Source: Eledone cirrhosa (taxonomy: Eukaryota). From it: a stretch of DNA of 64,000 nucleotides. Below, one piece after another: positions 42,718 through 56,400 of this stretch. Position 1 is the first letter of the stretch. Every line of letters begins with the position of its first letter. The stretch is from positions 8,804,001 to 8,868,000 of the forward strand of contig OZ024754.1 of assembly GCA_964016885.1 (NCBI GenBank), read 5' to 3'. The notes under the pieces are model-generated. The model saw only the letters and a program-made list of their open reading frames with translations, did no database searches and was not told the origin of the DNA. Made by a program: the position numbers and the translations under genes.

Positions 42718-43173
42718 AATTGTTTCTACTTTTGGCACAAGGCCAGCAATTACCCAGTACATTACTGGTACTTTATTTTATCGATCCCGTAAGGATGAAA
42801 GGCAAAGTTAACCTCGGCGGGATTTGAACTCAGAACGTAAAGGGACGTAACTATGCTGCAAAGCATGGCGTCCGACCCTCTATCGATACTGCCAATCCAC
42901 CACGTTAGAAATATAATTGTTTCTACTTTTTGGCACAAGGCCAGCAAATACCCAGTACATTACTGGTACTTTATTTAGAAGTATAATAATTGCTTCTACT
43001 TTTGGCAAAAGGCCAGAAATTACCCAGTGTATTACTGGTACTTTATTTTATCGACCCCGTAAGGATGAAAGGCAAAGTTAACCTCGGCGGGATTTGAACT
43101 CAGAATGGCAAAGGCCGTAACTCTATGCGTCAAAGCATGGCGTCCGACCCTCTACCGATACTGCCAATCCACC
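42718..43173 (-). mobile_element. Tandem cluster of SINE family 1 (two full copies and one 3' fragment)
   Basis: Repeated TTGTTTCTACTTTTGGCACAAGGCCAGC...GCCAATCCACC units. Confidence 0.85.
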
Positions 43174-43294
43174 GAATAATACAATGCTTACAGAACGAAA
43201 GCACAAACGAATATAATATAAAGGAAGGGGTAGACAACCGAGCCATTACCAGAGCAAAAGATAACAGTATCGCGAGGAACACCAGGAAACCTCT

Positions 43295-43600
43295 CTAACG
43301 ATCTTTGGGGCAAGCCAGCACACTCGCAGCGTTACCTCGGGTGATGGCAAGGCTGATGCGTTGGAATAACCAAGCGCCCTCGCGAGATTCACCAGTTACC
43401 TCTGTTAGACCAGCCGACAGTGAAGATAGGAATCTCGCAGTCAGTAGCCCGACTTCCCCGAACATCTCAAATGCCACAGGCTGGAAAATGTAGTTGGTCG
43501 ACATATCACAGTATTTTAGGATTTTGCTCCGTTCGGCTGCGGAAGCTGTGGCTCTCGCCCTAACCGCAGCATCCAGAATGTGAGAAGAAGCAAAAGAGTT
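43295..43600 (-). mobile_element. C-terminal restriction-like endonuclease fragment of an early-branching (CRE-like) non-LTR retrotransposon
   Basis: SFASSH...AERSKILKY...FQPVAFEMFG...FL...TGESREGAWLFQRISLAITRGNAASVL. Confidence 0.75.
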
Positions 43601-43827
43601 ATATTAAAATTTATAGGAATAATTTGAAAACTGGAACGCAAAGAACCGCTGCGAATGCTGTCAATGACAACATGTAAGTCGGGTAAAATAGCCCTAAAGA
43701 CAGAAAGCAGTGGCCTGAAAAGTTACGAGGTGGGTGATAGGTAGATAAAACGTAGAGATTAAATCCGTCCAAATTCTTGATTATTTCCCCAATTATTTAG
43801 AAATCATGGGCAGTGTCTTTTATGTTC

Positions 43828-44061
43828 CAGTGTGGTTAGAATGTCTCAGGAAAGAATCGCTGGACAGATTTCACGGGCAAAACTAACCGGCAAGAGACCC
43901 AGAGGTAGACCTCGAGCAAGATGGTTGGACAACATCCATGAGCTTAGCTGGTCACGCTTGGAGATCCAGTCGGAGACGGTTGCTTCTGACAAGATCCACT
44001 GGAAGGAGTGTTTGAGGACTCTGTCCCCACGACCCTCTCAAGAAGAAGAAGAAGAAGAAGA
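43828..44061 (+). mobile_element. 3' end of an RTE-clade LINE
   Basis: VRMSQERIA...GKRPRGRPRARWLD...DKIHWK, followed by a (GAA)n tail. Confidence 0.75.
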
Positions 44062-44207
44062 GTGTCTTTATTAGAAATAATGAAATACAGTAACGAGTTT
44101 ATAGTTGTGATAACAGAACATAGAGTAACTTCCTGAGGAAATCCATCTCCTCTTATAAATATGATAACTATATATGCGGATTAATTTTCATTTATCAACC
44201 TATGTAG

Positions 44208-44411
44208 AGCGGTGGATTGGCAAAATCGGTAGAGTATCGAACACCTTGCTTCGCGGCATAGCTACGTCTCTTTACTTTCTGAGTTCAAATCCCGTCGAGG
44301 TTAACTTTGCTTACGGGGTCGATAAAATAAAGCACCAGTAATGCACTGGGGTCGATTTAATCGACTTTCCCCTCTCCCCCAAAATTGCTGGCCTTGTGTC
44401 TAAAGTAGAAA
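44208..44411 (+). mobile_element. Full-length tRNA-derived SINE (family 1) with a 17-bp TSD
   Basis: A/B-box-like head (TGGCAAAATCGG...GAGTTCAAATCC), central GGGGTCGATAAAATAAAG, and TSD TCATTTATCAACCTATG at 44188-44204 and 44412-44428. Confidence 0.85.
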
Positions 44412-45092
44412 TCATTTATCAACCTATGCCAGCAGTTGTGATACCAGAACACACCATTTATTTCATGTATACTTCCATCTAGTTAAATAAATATGGTAAA
44501 CCGACTTTTGTTTAGGAAGGTAATTGGATCATCAGAACACAATATGGAATTTCCTTTAGTTCAATAAACACTGCATATACATTGTTAATCGATTCTAGGT
44601 AGACAGTTGTGACATTAAATGGAAATCCATGTAGTTCAATATATGGTTCAATAAATCTTGAAAACAATATAGACGCATTGATTTGGGGTTTACATTCAAA
44701 GTCATCATTGATGACATCACAACCTACATATTGATTCATGTAACATCTAGCCCAATAACACCGGTAACTATATATAAATATGCTTTTTGTTTAATATTCT
44801 AAGTAAATTGGGTCCCAAACTTTATTTACTTACAGCCTACTTTAGAACAAGTAAAAATATTTCGATCAACTATCAGGAGGTCGCTGCCAGAGAGAAAGGC
44901 CGAAGATCATATTCCAAAGAATGGTAAAAAAAGAACTGAATGTAAAAGTCACCGCAATTCAGAAAAAAGCCAATAGTAGAAACACTTGGACAGCTTTTAT
45001 TTCATCTCCTTCATGACATTATGACATTATGATAATATAGTTTATGTATGTGGACATATTTCTGTGTGTCCTATTGTTTCATTTGAAATTAT

Positions 45093-45899
45093 ATGTGTGT
45101 GTGTGTGTGTGTGTGTGTAGGTGTGTGTAGGTGTGTGTAGGTGTGTGTGTGTGTGTAGGTGTGTGTAGGTGTGTGTAGGTGTGTGTAGGTGTGTGTAGGT
45201 GTGTGTAGGTGTGTGTAGGTGTGTGTAGTGTGGTGTGGTGTGGTGTGTGGTGTGTGGTGTGTGGTGTGTGGTGTGTGGTGTGTGGTGTGTGGTGTGTGGT
45301 GTGTGTGTGGTGTGTGTGTGGTGTGTGTGTGTGGTGTGTGTGTGGTGTGGTGTGGTGTGTGTGTGGTGTGTGTGTGGTGTGGTGTGGTGTGGTGTGGTGT
45401 GGTGTGGTGTGGTGTGGTGTGGTGTGGTGTGTGTGTGTGTGTGTGTGTGTGAGTGTGGTGTGTGTGGTGTGGTGTGGTGTGGTGCGGTGTGGTGTGTGGT
45501 GTGTGTGGTGTGGTGTGGTGTGGTGTGTGTGTGGTGTGTGGTGTGGTGTGGTGTGGTGTGGTGTGGTGTGTGTGTGGTGTGGTGTGGTGTGGTGTGGTGT
45601 GGTGTGTGTGTGGTGTGGTGTGTGTGTGGTGTGTGTGTGGTGTGTGTGGTGTGTGTGTGTGGTGTGTGTGGTGTGGTGTGGTGTGGTGTGTGTGTGGTGT
45701 GGTGTGGTGTGGTGTGTGTGTGGTGTGTGGTGTGGTGTGGTGTGGTGTGGTGTGTGTGTGGTGTGTGTGTGGTGTGGTGTGTGTGTGGTGTGTGTGTGGT
45801 GTGTGTGGTGTGTGTGTGTGGTGTGTGTGGTGTGGTGTGGTGTGGTGTGGTGTGTGTGTGGTGTGGTGTGGTGTGGTGTGGTGTGGTGTGTGTGTGTGT
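45093..45899. repeat. (GTGTG)n/(GT)n compound microsatellite
   Basis: Direct inspection. Confidence 0.97.
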
Positions 45900-46147
45900 A
45901 AAAGGTAAACAGAAATAACAACACAATCGGTACAGTATATAGAAGGAATATATTAGGTTAACGCTTGAAATGAAATAGCAGGAAGACGGTCTTAACGTTT
46001 CGGACGCTAGTCCTTCATCAGAAGAAAGAATGAGAAATTGAAATGAGAATGAAAAAGATAGATTGAAGGGACGGGCGGGTTCGAATTGGAATTGGAAAAA
46101 AATGTCTTTAGATAAAAATAACAGGTCCATCCATGTTGACATCTCTT

Positions 46148-46207
<60 letters not shown>

Positions 46208-46954
46208 AGGCAAGGAACCACGAAACGAACAAACATGAAGATGCAATAACATGAAGTGTATTAGTTTCACGCTTACATGAAGAAATGTGTGTGTGTGTGT
46301 GTGTGGTATGTGGTATGGTGTGGTGTGTGTATGTGTGTTGCGTCATGTAACATTCAGTCAAGTTAAACAAATCACTATATAGTAATAGCTGTCTATAACA
46401 CCAGCACATGTAGTAGATCCCAGAGGCCATTTTATCTTAGCTCTATAAATGTAGCAACAATACCAACTATAATATCTGACTACATGGAAGTTATGAAAAT
46501 ATTCAACAACAGAACCTTCTAGCTGCTCTACAGCCCCTCTTGATTTCTATTTTTTTTCATCCATTTTTACTATTATTTAGCCTCCCGTTGGTTTTCCCTA
46601 TTCAATTAAATGTTTTTTTTTAATTTAAATTTTTATTTTTATATTCACCTATTTCTGTATAACTAGTTTTCTGTTTCTCAACTGTACCAAGTACTTAATA
46701 CTTCCCCCAAGCCTCTCATGGCTTACTACATATATACGGATGCTTAAGTTGATTAAATGAAAAACTAAATAAGTAAATATATAAATTTGTTTGTCGTTTA
46801 ACAATATAGGCCAGCAGCGGTGACACCAGAACTCAAATACTTCAGATGGAAATTCATTTAGCCCAATAAATATGGTAACAGTGCATTAGAATTAATTTTC
46901 CAGAGTACTAAAATATACTGTCAATTGTATATTGATATCTGCATAACAGGCAAG

Positions 46955-48028
46955 AATGCTGTCTCTGCGTCTTATCATCCGACTCCAGACTTAATGCTGT
47001 CTCTGCGTCTTATCATCCGACTCCAGACTTAATGCTGTCTCTGCGTCTTATCATCCGACTCCAAACTTAATGCTGTCTCTGTGTCTTATCAATCGACTCC
47101 AGACTTAATGTTGTCTCTGCGTCTTATCAATCGACTCCAGACTTAATGTTGTCTCTGCGTCTTATCATCCGACTCCAGACTTAATGCTGTCTCTGCGTCT
47201 TATCATCCGACTCCAGACTTAATGCTGTCTCTGCGTCTTATCAATCGACTCCAGACTTAATGCTGTCTCTGCGTCTTATCATCCGACTCCAGACTTAATG
47301 CTGTCTCTGCGTCTTATCATCCGACTCCAGACTTAATGCTGTCTCTGCGTCTTATCAATCGACTCCAGACTTAATGCTGTCTCTGCGTCTTATCATCCGA
47401 CTCCAGACTTAATGCTGTCTCTGCGTCTTATCATCCGACTCCAGACTTAATGCTGTCTCTGCGTCTTATCAATCGACTCCAGACTTAATGCTGTCTCTGC
47501 GTCTTATCATCCGACTCCAGACTTAATGCTGTCTCTGCGTCTTATCATCCGACTCCAGACTTAATGCTGTCTCTGCGTCTTATCATCCGACTCCAGACTT
47601 AATACTGTCTCTGCGTCTTATCATCCGACTCCAGACTTAATGCTGTCTCTGTGTCTTATCAATCGACTCCAGACTTAATGCTGTCTCTGCGTCTTATCAA
47701 TCGACTCCAGACTTAATGCTGTCTCTGCGTCTTATCATCCGACTCCAGACTTAATGATGTCTCTGTGTCTTATCAATCGACTCCAGACTTAATGTTGTCT
47801 CTGCGTCTTATCAATCGACTCAAGACTTAATGCTGTCTCTGCGTCTTATCAATCGACTCCAGACTTAATGCTGTCTCTGCGTCTTATCATCCGACTCCAG
47901 ACTTAATGCTGTCTCTGCGTCTTATCATCCGACTCCAGACTTAATGCTGTCACTGCGTCTTATCAATCGACTCCAGACTTAATGCTGTCTCTGCGTCTTA
48001 TCATCCGACTCCAGACTTAATGCTGTCT
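46955..48028. repeat. 38-bp minisatellite (about 28 units)
   Basis: Unit AATGCTGTCTCTGCGTCTTATCATCCGACTCCAGACTT, with two interspersed variants (ATCC/AATC). Confidence 0.95.
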
Positions 48029-48131
48029 GCGCCACATTCGATATTGAAATGATTGTATATGGTATTAAAGTATATATATATATATATAAACCTTTATTTG
48101 TCTGCCTCTGTTTTGTTCCCGTCTAAATTTG

Positions 48132-48191
<60 letters not shown>

Positions 48192-48237
48192 CAGTTAGTC
48201 AGTTCTTAGATATGCCAGCTCTGTGTTTATGGTGTTG

Positions 48238-48279
<42 letters not shown>

Positions 48280-48770
48280 CATACAATGATTGTATATATA
48301 TATATATATATACATGATTGTATATATATATACATACATACAATGATTGTATATATATATACATACAATGATTGTATATATATATATATATACATACATA
48401 CATACATACATACATACATACATACAACAACAGTGACTTCGACCGCACTGACTTGTATATATATATTTAATATTTGTAAATCGAACTTTAGCTGCAGTAC
48501 AGCAAGTACAATTCGATGTGTTTTGAGGCAATCACGAAACACTCAATGGAATGAAAGTTAAAACCAAACATTAAGTCCAGAGTTAAACACTGTAACAAGA
48601 GAACCGACCGAAGGTACAAACTACACATACAACAAAATAACGATATATACACATATATATCCAAAATTAAATTAAGGGTTGTCATGTCTGAGAGACATGC
48701 GCCATATCCACTGTAGAATAAGCTCAAAGATTCCAATGAATAGATCCAAGCATTTCATATCAACTAGATT

Positions 48771-48805
<35 letters not shown>

Positions 48806-49289
48806 AACATATAGAACAATCACAGGGAATAATTTGTAATGACTGTAAGCACACATAGCAAGGTAGGTAACCAATTAAAGTTTAACTAGAACTTCAAATG
48901 ATTAATCTCCTTTGTATATATTTCTTTAAGTAAAAAATATATTTCACCAATTAATCAGTAAATCACAGTAGTCAAATCCTGGATGGTCACCAAAGGAGAA
49001 GAAAATAACTAGCTGCGTTTACAAAGCAAAGCAAATCTGTGAATGACTCGAACCACGTGTTGCATTTTTAAAAAATACACACATCGCACAGCGTCATCCC
49101 AGTGGCGTGAATAGGATTATCAACAGCTAGAAATAGCAGCTGAGTCCATTCAACTGAGTTAGCTCTACAATCAATATATATCCAATTTTATATCCAATAT
49201 ATATCCAGTATATATCCAGTTTATTTTATATATATATATGTCAATCTATTTCTAGTTGATATATACACATATATATTTACATCCACGCA

Positions 49290-49657
49290 TACGCACACAC
49301 ACACCTTACCTTCCGCCATCCCCGCTAGGACTCCAATTTTCTTGCTCCTCCCCCTCCCCCTCCACCTACCACACCCTTGCCTTCCTGGACCCATACACCC
49401 CTGTCATTTTTTTTTATATTCTGTTTAATTCTGTTTCTATTTATTTTGATTTCATATTTTATTTTGATTTCTATTTTTCCCGTCCTTTCATGCTTTTTTT
49501 TTTAGTTAACTCCCCCCTCCCTCCCCTACTCTCCTGATGAAGGTCTTATGTCCGAAACGTCGTAAACAACCCACCTCCCATTCTCACCAAGCGTGAAGCT
49601 AATAACACTGTGTACCATTGACCCCCTGCGTTTGTTTGTTTGTTCGTCATTTTGAAC
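49290..49657 (+). mobile_element. Degenerate Penelope-like 3' region with a hammerhead motif at 49534-49561
   Basis: A pyrimidine-rich tract followed by CTGATGA-AGGTCTTATGTCC-GAAA-CGTC, ending at (TA)n. Stem I pairing is not evident. Confidence 0.5.
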
Positions 49658-49951
49658 TATATATATATATATATATGTGTGTATGTGTTTACTTCCGCTT
49701 CTACTAAGGGCTGGTTCATGTATAGGTCAAGTTTACGGCCCCATTCGACCCTGTGCTAGCTGGCAGATGGCAATATATTTTGCCGCTCCCGGGACTTTTT
49801 GTCCTAGCTAAGGACAATGCTCTCTGATGATCCGAACATTTCCATTGGAAATCCCTAGGGATCTCCAATCTTTTGTGAGGTGAAACCGTCGGTAAAAGCA
49901 AATGGAACTCAATATCGTGATCGTTAGTGCCAAGAAAATATATATATATCT

Positions 49952-50255
<304 letters not shown>

Positions 50256-50275
50256 TATATATATATATATATATA

Positions 50276-50410
50276 TCAATGATATTAATAAATGGAAACT
50301 ATATTTATAAAACCATATTTATTCTATTATATATATTTCAAAGGTACCAAAACTTTAGTACGCTCTCATCAGATAAAATACAAAATTTGTTTTATAAATA
50401 GTGACATACC
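50276..50410 (-). ncRNA. Short element carrying a minimal hammerhead (50320-50380); second copy at 12434-12560
   Basis: Minus strand reads TATTTTAT-CTGATGA-GAGCGTAC...GTACCTTT-GAAA-TATATA-TA-ATAGAATA. The 12474-12532 copy has U16.1 changed to C. Both copies abut (TA)n. Confidence 0.7.
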
Positions 50411-50445
50411 CAGGAATCAGACCTTGACAGTTCAGGTTATATATA

Positions 50446-51126
50446 TCTATATATATAAAACTGAGGATGTCTGTCTGTGTGTGTGAGTTTGAATCCCTAA
50501 AACTAGAGAAGCACTCAACCGACTGTTTTCAAACTTTACACATGTAATAATTATGTTTCAGGGAGTGTTCTGAGCAAAAAGAATTTTAAATTTGTGATGC
50601 CCTAGGGACCACATTAGGCGATTTAGCGATCTCTCTCTATAATTCTTAGTCTTTCTCTTTTTAGATAGATACATACATATAACGTTGCGCCCTTATAATA
50701 TCTGTCTGTATGTCTGACTGTTTGCATTACGTCACTTCCCACAATTCCTTCTCCATCCAGAACGCGCCCTTATAATATCTGTCTGTGTGTCTGGCTGTCT
50801 GCTGTCCGCATTAGGTGAAAAACTTCATTTTTTCAGCTTTTTAGGGCTTTTTTGAGACGTTACGTCTAGCCAATTGTCCCAACATTTCAAGACATATTAT
50901 GCACATAAAAAAAATTCATTTTCTTGATCCCCTAGGGCCCGCATTAGGTGAAAACCTGCATTTTCCAGCTTCATTGAGGAAAATCTTAAAGATTATCCAG
51001 CCATCAGAGTATTCGGTTTATTTTCTTTACATATTGTCGAGGCATGCAGTTTTTCCACGATTAGGTCTGTTGGTGGCCCGCGTTCCAAAATACCTTATCC
51101 CGTGCAACGCCGGGTACCACTGCTAG
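50446..51126 (+). mobile_element. Non-autonomous Helitron
   Basis: Starts A|TCTATATATATAAAA and ends with hairpin CCCGTGCAACGCCGGG then CTAG|T. It has internal duplications and no TSD. Confidence 0.8.
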
Positions 51127-51178
51127 TATATTATATAAATATATTTGTGGAATTACCAACAAATTAAATATCTCTTTG

Positions 51179-51221
<43 letters not shown>

Positions 51222-51579
51222 GGAAGTTTAGTAAAATCGAAGTTTTGGCTGTGGCCAAACTAACGATCTACAATTAGGAATGTGCAGCGAAGGACTCGAT
51301 AAGGTTGTGTCACCTTAAAGTAATAACATACGTTAGATAGCTTGACAAATTGAAAACTGCGGCAGGCCAGCCTAGCCACATAATACCAAAGCAACGAAAA
51401 AAAAAACAATCAATATATATATATATATTAAAATACAAATATGAATAAAATAGATGTTCTTTATTTTATTAATATTTGTATTTTAATATTAATAACTCTG
51501 GAAAATTATAACCTGTAGAGTGCTTCCAATCTACTATAAAACTCATTCTTTGATGTACTCATTGAATCTTGTTTAACTC

Positions 51580-51618
<39 letters not shown>

Positions 51619-52206
51619 ACTTGATTATATATATATATATACATAACTTGGTTACATATATATATATACATACATACATACATACATAACTAACTTGGTT
51701 TTTCTCTCTCCATTTATCAAAGTTTTGAGCTCTGCAGCCCGTAGCCTAGCAATTTATAACAGAATCTACAATGGCTGAGAACTTCCTCAGTCTTGTTGGA
51801 TTACAGCTGGATCAAGGAAACTGATTAGCATAGAGCTACTATTATCTTTACCAGGAACTATATTGGTAAACTGCAATATAACTACATAGATAGATAGATT
51901 TCTTTATTAGCCACAAGGGCGCAACAAGAAAGGGGACAATACAAAGACATGCCGGGGATTTTACATACAGTCGTGTAAAAAATATAAAAACAAACAATTA
52001 CAACAATCGAAATCCCCAATAGGGGGGAGGCGCCACAAATGGGTTGTTTACCCCGTCGATAGAACAACCCTCAACTCCAGGAGCGTGTTGTGCAAGTGCT
52101 CCTTTCTTCCTTTTGCTCTCTTCCTCAACCTACAGGCTTATAAACAGAGAAGGCCCAATCACTCGGGCCATTTTCGCTTCATTCACCCACCTTTCAGTAA
52201 ATTTAG

Positions 52207-52297
<91 letters not shown>

Positions 52298-52404
52298 TGT
52301 TTGTTTATTAGCCACAGGGGCACAAAAGAAGGGAACAAATACAAAGGGGGAAGTTTACATACAATAAAAAACGTGTAAAATATTATCACAAATGTAATTT
52401 AAAA

Positions 52405-52497
<93 letters not shown>

Positions 52498-52689
52498 CGA
52501 ACTCAGGCGGAAGCTTTGGCAACAAGAGAAGTTAATTTCCGTTGATATATTGGAGCAGTTCGGGTACTGAAACTAAGATATCACCCCACCCCCCAATACA
52601 CTGATCATGTACGTATAGCATACATATACGTAGACACACACACACACATATATATATACACACATTATATATATATATATATATATATA

Positions 52690-53121
52690 TTTCGTTTCTG
52701 AATTTGTTTAGCAAGATTCTTTATCTGAAAACGTGTGTTGAAACCGATATTGTTATACTTTGGGAGGGTGATGTTGCCAATAAGAAACACACGCACCAGT
52801 TGCTGGGGATTCTTTTCTTTGTTTTTGTGCCTCTCCTTTATTCTGTCCTACGCCATCTTGTTTTTGTCTGTCCAAAAACAAGATGGCGTAGGACAGAACA
52901 AAGGAGAGGCACAAAAAACAAAGAAAAGAATCCCGTCACTGAAGAGGTCACAGAATGTGTGACGAAAGAACTGACAATATATAAACAACTATCTGGTTGT
53001 GGAACCAACCAACCAACCGGAAATTTATAAATTCCTAAATTTATAAATTTATTATAATAAATTGAAGTGAAAGCAACTGGTGCGTGTGTTTCTTATTGGC
53101 AACATGACCCTCCCAAAGTAT

Positions 53122-53129
<8 letters not shown>
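52690..53129. mobile_element. Nested fold-back element with a degenerate hammerhead (52935-52975); shorter fold-back copy at 32655-32791
   Basis: Outer inverted repeats at 52748-52803 and 53072-53129, and an inner palindrome of about 130 bp at 52806-52934. GTCA-CTGAAGA-G-GTCACA...TGTGAC-GAAA-GAAC-TGAC has no proper NUH. Flanked by (TA)n. Confidence 0.6.
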
Positions 53130-53166
<37 letters not shown>

Positions 53167-53289
53167 AGATTGTTTGGGTAAAAACAGGGACAAGCAGGAG
53201 AAAGCTCTCAACACTCGTAGTTTGTAATTTCGATGGAGATCCATTAATAAAGATGTTGATGTTACAGCATCTCTATTAATGTTATATAT

Positions 53290-53401
<112 letters not shown>

Positions 53402-53567
53402 GTGTATGTGTGTGTGTGTGTGTAGTTATGTGTGTATGCGGGCGTGTGTGTATATGTGTGGTATATGTATACAGCAAACAGAAATTAATATTGTTAGGCA
53501 CTTTATCATATTACGTAGGGTGCATGCAATACTTTGAGTAAATAACAAAAATCTCCATCACCTACCC

Positions 53568-54272
53568 AAAATACACACAGAGCCGAGCTCGGTTGCGCAG
53601 TGAAAACACATAGAGCCGAGCTCGGTTGCGTAGTGAAAACACACAGAGCCGAGCTCGGTTGCGCAGTGAAAACACACAGAGCCGAGCTCGGTTGCGTAGT
53701 GAAAACACACAGAGCCGAGCTCGGTTGCGCAGTGAAAACACACAGAGCCGAGCTCGGTTGCGCAGTGAAAATACACAGAGCCAAGCTCGGTTGCGCAATG
53801 AAAATACACAGAGCCAAGCTCGGTTGCGCAGTGAAAACACACAGAGCCGAGCTCGGTTGCGCAGTGAAAACACACAGAGCCAAGCTCGGTTGCGCAGTGA
53901 AAACATACAGAGCCGAGCTCGGTTGCGCAGTGAAAACACACAGAGCCGAGCTCGGTTGCGCAGTGAAAATACACAGAGCCGAGCTCGGTTGCGCAGTGAA
54001 AATACACAGAGCCGAACTCGGTTGCGCAGTGAAAACACACAGAGCCGAGTTCGGTTGCGCAGTGAAAATACACAGAGCCAAGCTCGGTTGCGCAATGAAA
54101 ATACACAGAGCCAAGCTCGGTTGCGCAGTGAAAACACACAGAGCCGAGCTCGGTTGCGCAGTGAAAATACACAGAGCCGAGCTCGGTTGCGCAGTGAAAA
54201 CACACAGAGCCGAGCTCGGTTGCGCAGTGAAAACACACAGAGCCAAGCTCGGTTGCGCAGTGAAAATACACA
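53568..54272. repeat. 33-bp minisatellite with an internal palindrome (about 21 units)
   Basis: Unit AGCCGAGCTCGGTTGCGCAGTGAAAACACACAG. Confidence 0.95.
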
Positions 54273-54803
54273 ATGGAATTAAGATTGCTGGAAAAAAATA
54301 TTAACAAATAACTAATAAAATGATGATCACGATGACAATAATGAAGATAATAATTGGCAGGAAAAGATGGCAAACATTGAAGTAATAAGAAAATCTTGCC
54401 ATTGTCTCAAGAAGCTCATACGTCATTGCAGACGACAGTAAACCACAAGTGACTTCATTGTGTGACAGGAATCAATGGTGGATGTCAAATGATTAGACTT
54501 CGTTTTTTCTATTGAAGCGGTAGCAATCAGTATATGTAAGAAAAGAGACTACAACGTTTTAGATGTAACTAAATTAAAAAAAAAACACCTAACGCTCAGA
54601 TTACAAGAGAAGTGGTATTGGTTGTGGAGTATTTTAATTATAGCGGTATGTTGTATATGATAATATATCCCTACCAAGCCTCCAGAACTAACAACAGTAT
54701 GCTCCGTTAATCAGAATATTACGTCATTTACACAAAATTAGAGAAATCTTCATTTATTTATGAATTTATTTGTTTTTATTTAATTATTTATTTTGTGGCA
54801 CAT

Positions 54804-55186
54804 GGAGGTACATGGCTTAGTGGTTAGAGCATTGGCCTTGCAATCGAAAGGTTGTGAGTTCAATTCTCAGACAGAGTGATGTGTTGTTTCCTTGAGCAAG
54901 ACACTTTATTTCACATTGCTCCAGTTTACTCAGCTGTAGAAATGAGATGATAGGACAGGGGTCCCTATCATTCCACTGCAAAGTAGTCGTGGAGGTGCCA
55001 CGGCAAAAAAGGCACCCAGCCCATACTGTAAAGTGGACGTGTAGGCGCCACGGAAAAAAGGCACCCAGCACTCACTGTAAATGAGATTGGTGTTAGGAAG
55101 GGCATCCAGCTGTAGAAATCAAGCCAGAATCAGTTCCCGTCCCACCCTTGCAAGCAGGGAAAATGCGGACGTAAAATGATGATGAT
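54804..55186 (+). mobile_element. Full-length tRNA-derived SINE (family 2, CORE-like centre, RTE-like tail)
   Basis: A box TGGCTTAGTGG, B box GAGTTCAATTC, CCTTGAGCAAGACACTT core and (TGA)n tail. Relatives lie at 1508-1800(+), 8757-9030(-), 11505-11810(-), 15790-16105(-) and 20635-20925(-). Confidence 0.85.
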
Positions 55187-55719
55187 TTGTATGTATTTAT
55201 ATTTTTAATAACACTGATAAATATATATGGAAGGAACATATGTGATGATGACGATGATGATGGTAGTGATGATGGTAGTGATGATGATGAGACTGACGTT
55301 GCACGTACTGTCCCGATGAAGAGGAGACATTATCTGGAAGAAGTACATACTGTAGCTGCAACACAGCAGACTTTGTTTTAACCCTTCTTTCTGTCCAAAC
55401 CGGCTGTAACTGGCTGCTTATAGTGATGTTAAGGTATTGTTCTTAAAATAAATAATATCAAAATCTCATAGATTCAATATTATGAGAGATAAATCCTTTA
55501 CCATGAACATACAATAGTAAATATAGATTAATGTAAATGCTAAAGGGTTAAACATGGCGGAAAAGATTGTGATACAGCTGAGTTAGTTTCATCAAATACA
55601 AAGCCAAAGTCAGTCACATCAACACTCGCGACCACCACAAATAAAAGATTCAGGGTGGGACCATCACTGGTACCCACACAAATGTCATATCAGCATCCAC
55701 CATTGACACCCCAAATGTC

Positions 55720-56400
55720 ACACCAGTGCTACTACTAAATGTCAGAGGCCTGGTAAAACTGAGTAAGATCCCCTACCTAAGAGACCTATCCACAAGAAAT
55801 CAAGCAATATGCATGACACTAACTGAAACTCACTTGACAGCTGGCAGAGCAATTGCGGAAATACACATACCAAAGTATGTTGTATTTCGTACTGACAGGA
55901 GGGAGATAATTCATGGTGGAGTTGCTTTGTAAGTCTGTGAAGATGTCACATCATTAGTACTGTTGTCATATTCCAACTCGGTCTGTGACACACTAATAGT
56001 ACACGTAAAGCAACTCAAAATGGTAATATCTGTCACATATCGATTACCAGCTGCCCCCAGACATGAAGAAAAGTTTGAAGATAGCCCCAGAAGGATTGAA
56101 GAAGTGCTGGTCAATTTGGATCAGAGTCTCAATATTCTGCTGCTGGGAGATTTAACCCCTCCCCCCTCCCCCCAAATCAAATAACCCGAAGGCCTGCCCC
56201 TGAACAAAGGCAGACATAATCATTGTTAGACCTTACAAACAGACACTTCATGGAACAAATGGTACTTTATCCAACAAGGGGTGAAAATACCCTGGAGCTC
56301 TGCTTTACGAATAACATGGAGCTCACCCACAATGTGTAAGTGACACCAACGATTTTCTCGGACCAAGACATAGTAGAATTAGTAATGTATAGTCCGAGGA
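55720..56400 (+). pseudogene. Decayed LINE ORF2 apurinic-like endonuclease (CR1-group)
   Basis: LLLNVRGL...TETHL...FRTDR...GGVAL*V...ILLLGD...FMEQMVLYPTRGENTLELCFTNN, with stops and frameshifts. Confidence 0.8.

Noticed and set aside
46955-48028. CRISPR-like regular array (also 18249 and 53568)
   Set aside because: The units are contiguous with no unique spacers, there are no cas genes, and the context is eukaryotic.
49820-49865. Hammerhead-like CTGATGA...GAAA-TCCCTAGGGA-TC
   Set aside because: Stem III and NUH are present, but stem I does not pair and stem II is poor. It is at best a relic and was not counted.
54804-54875. tRNA gene
   Set aside because: The tRNA-like head continues into a SINE body and tail found in many decayed copies.
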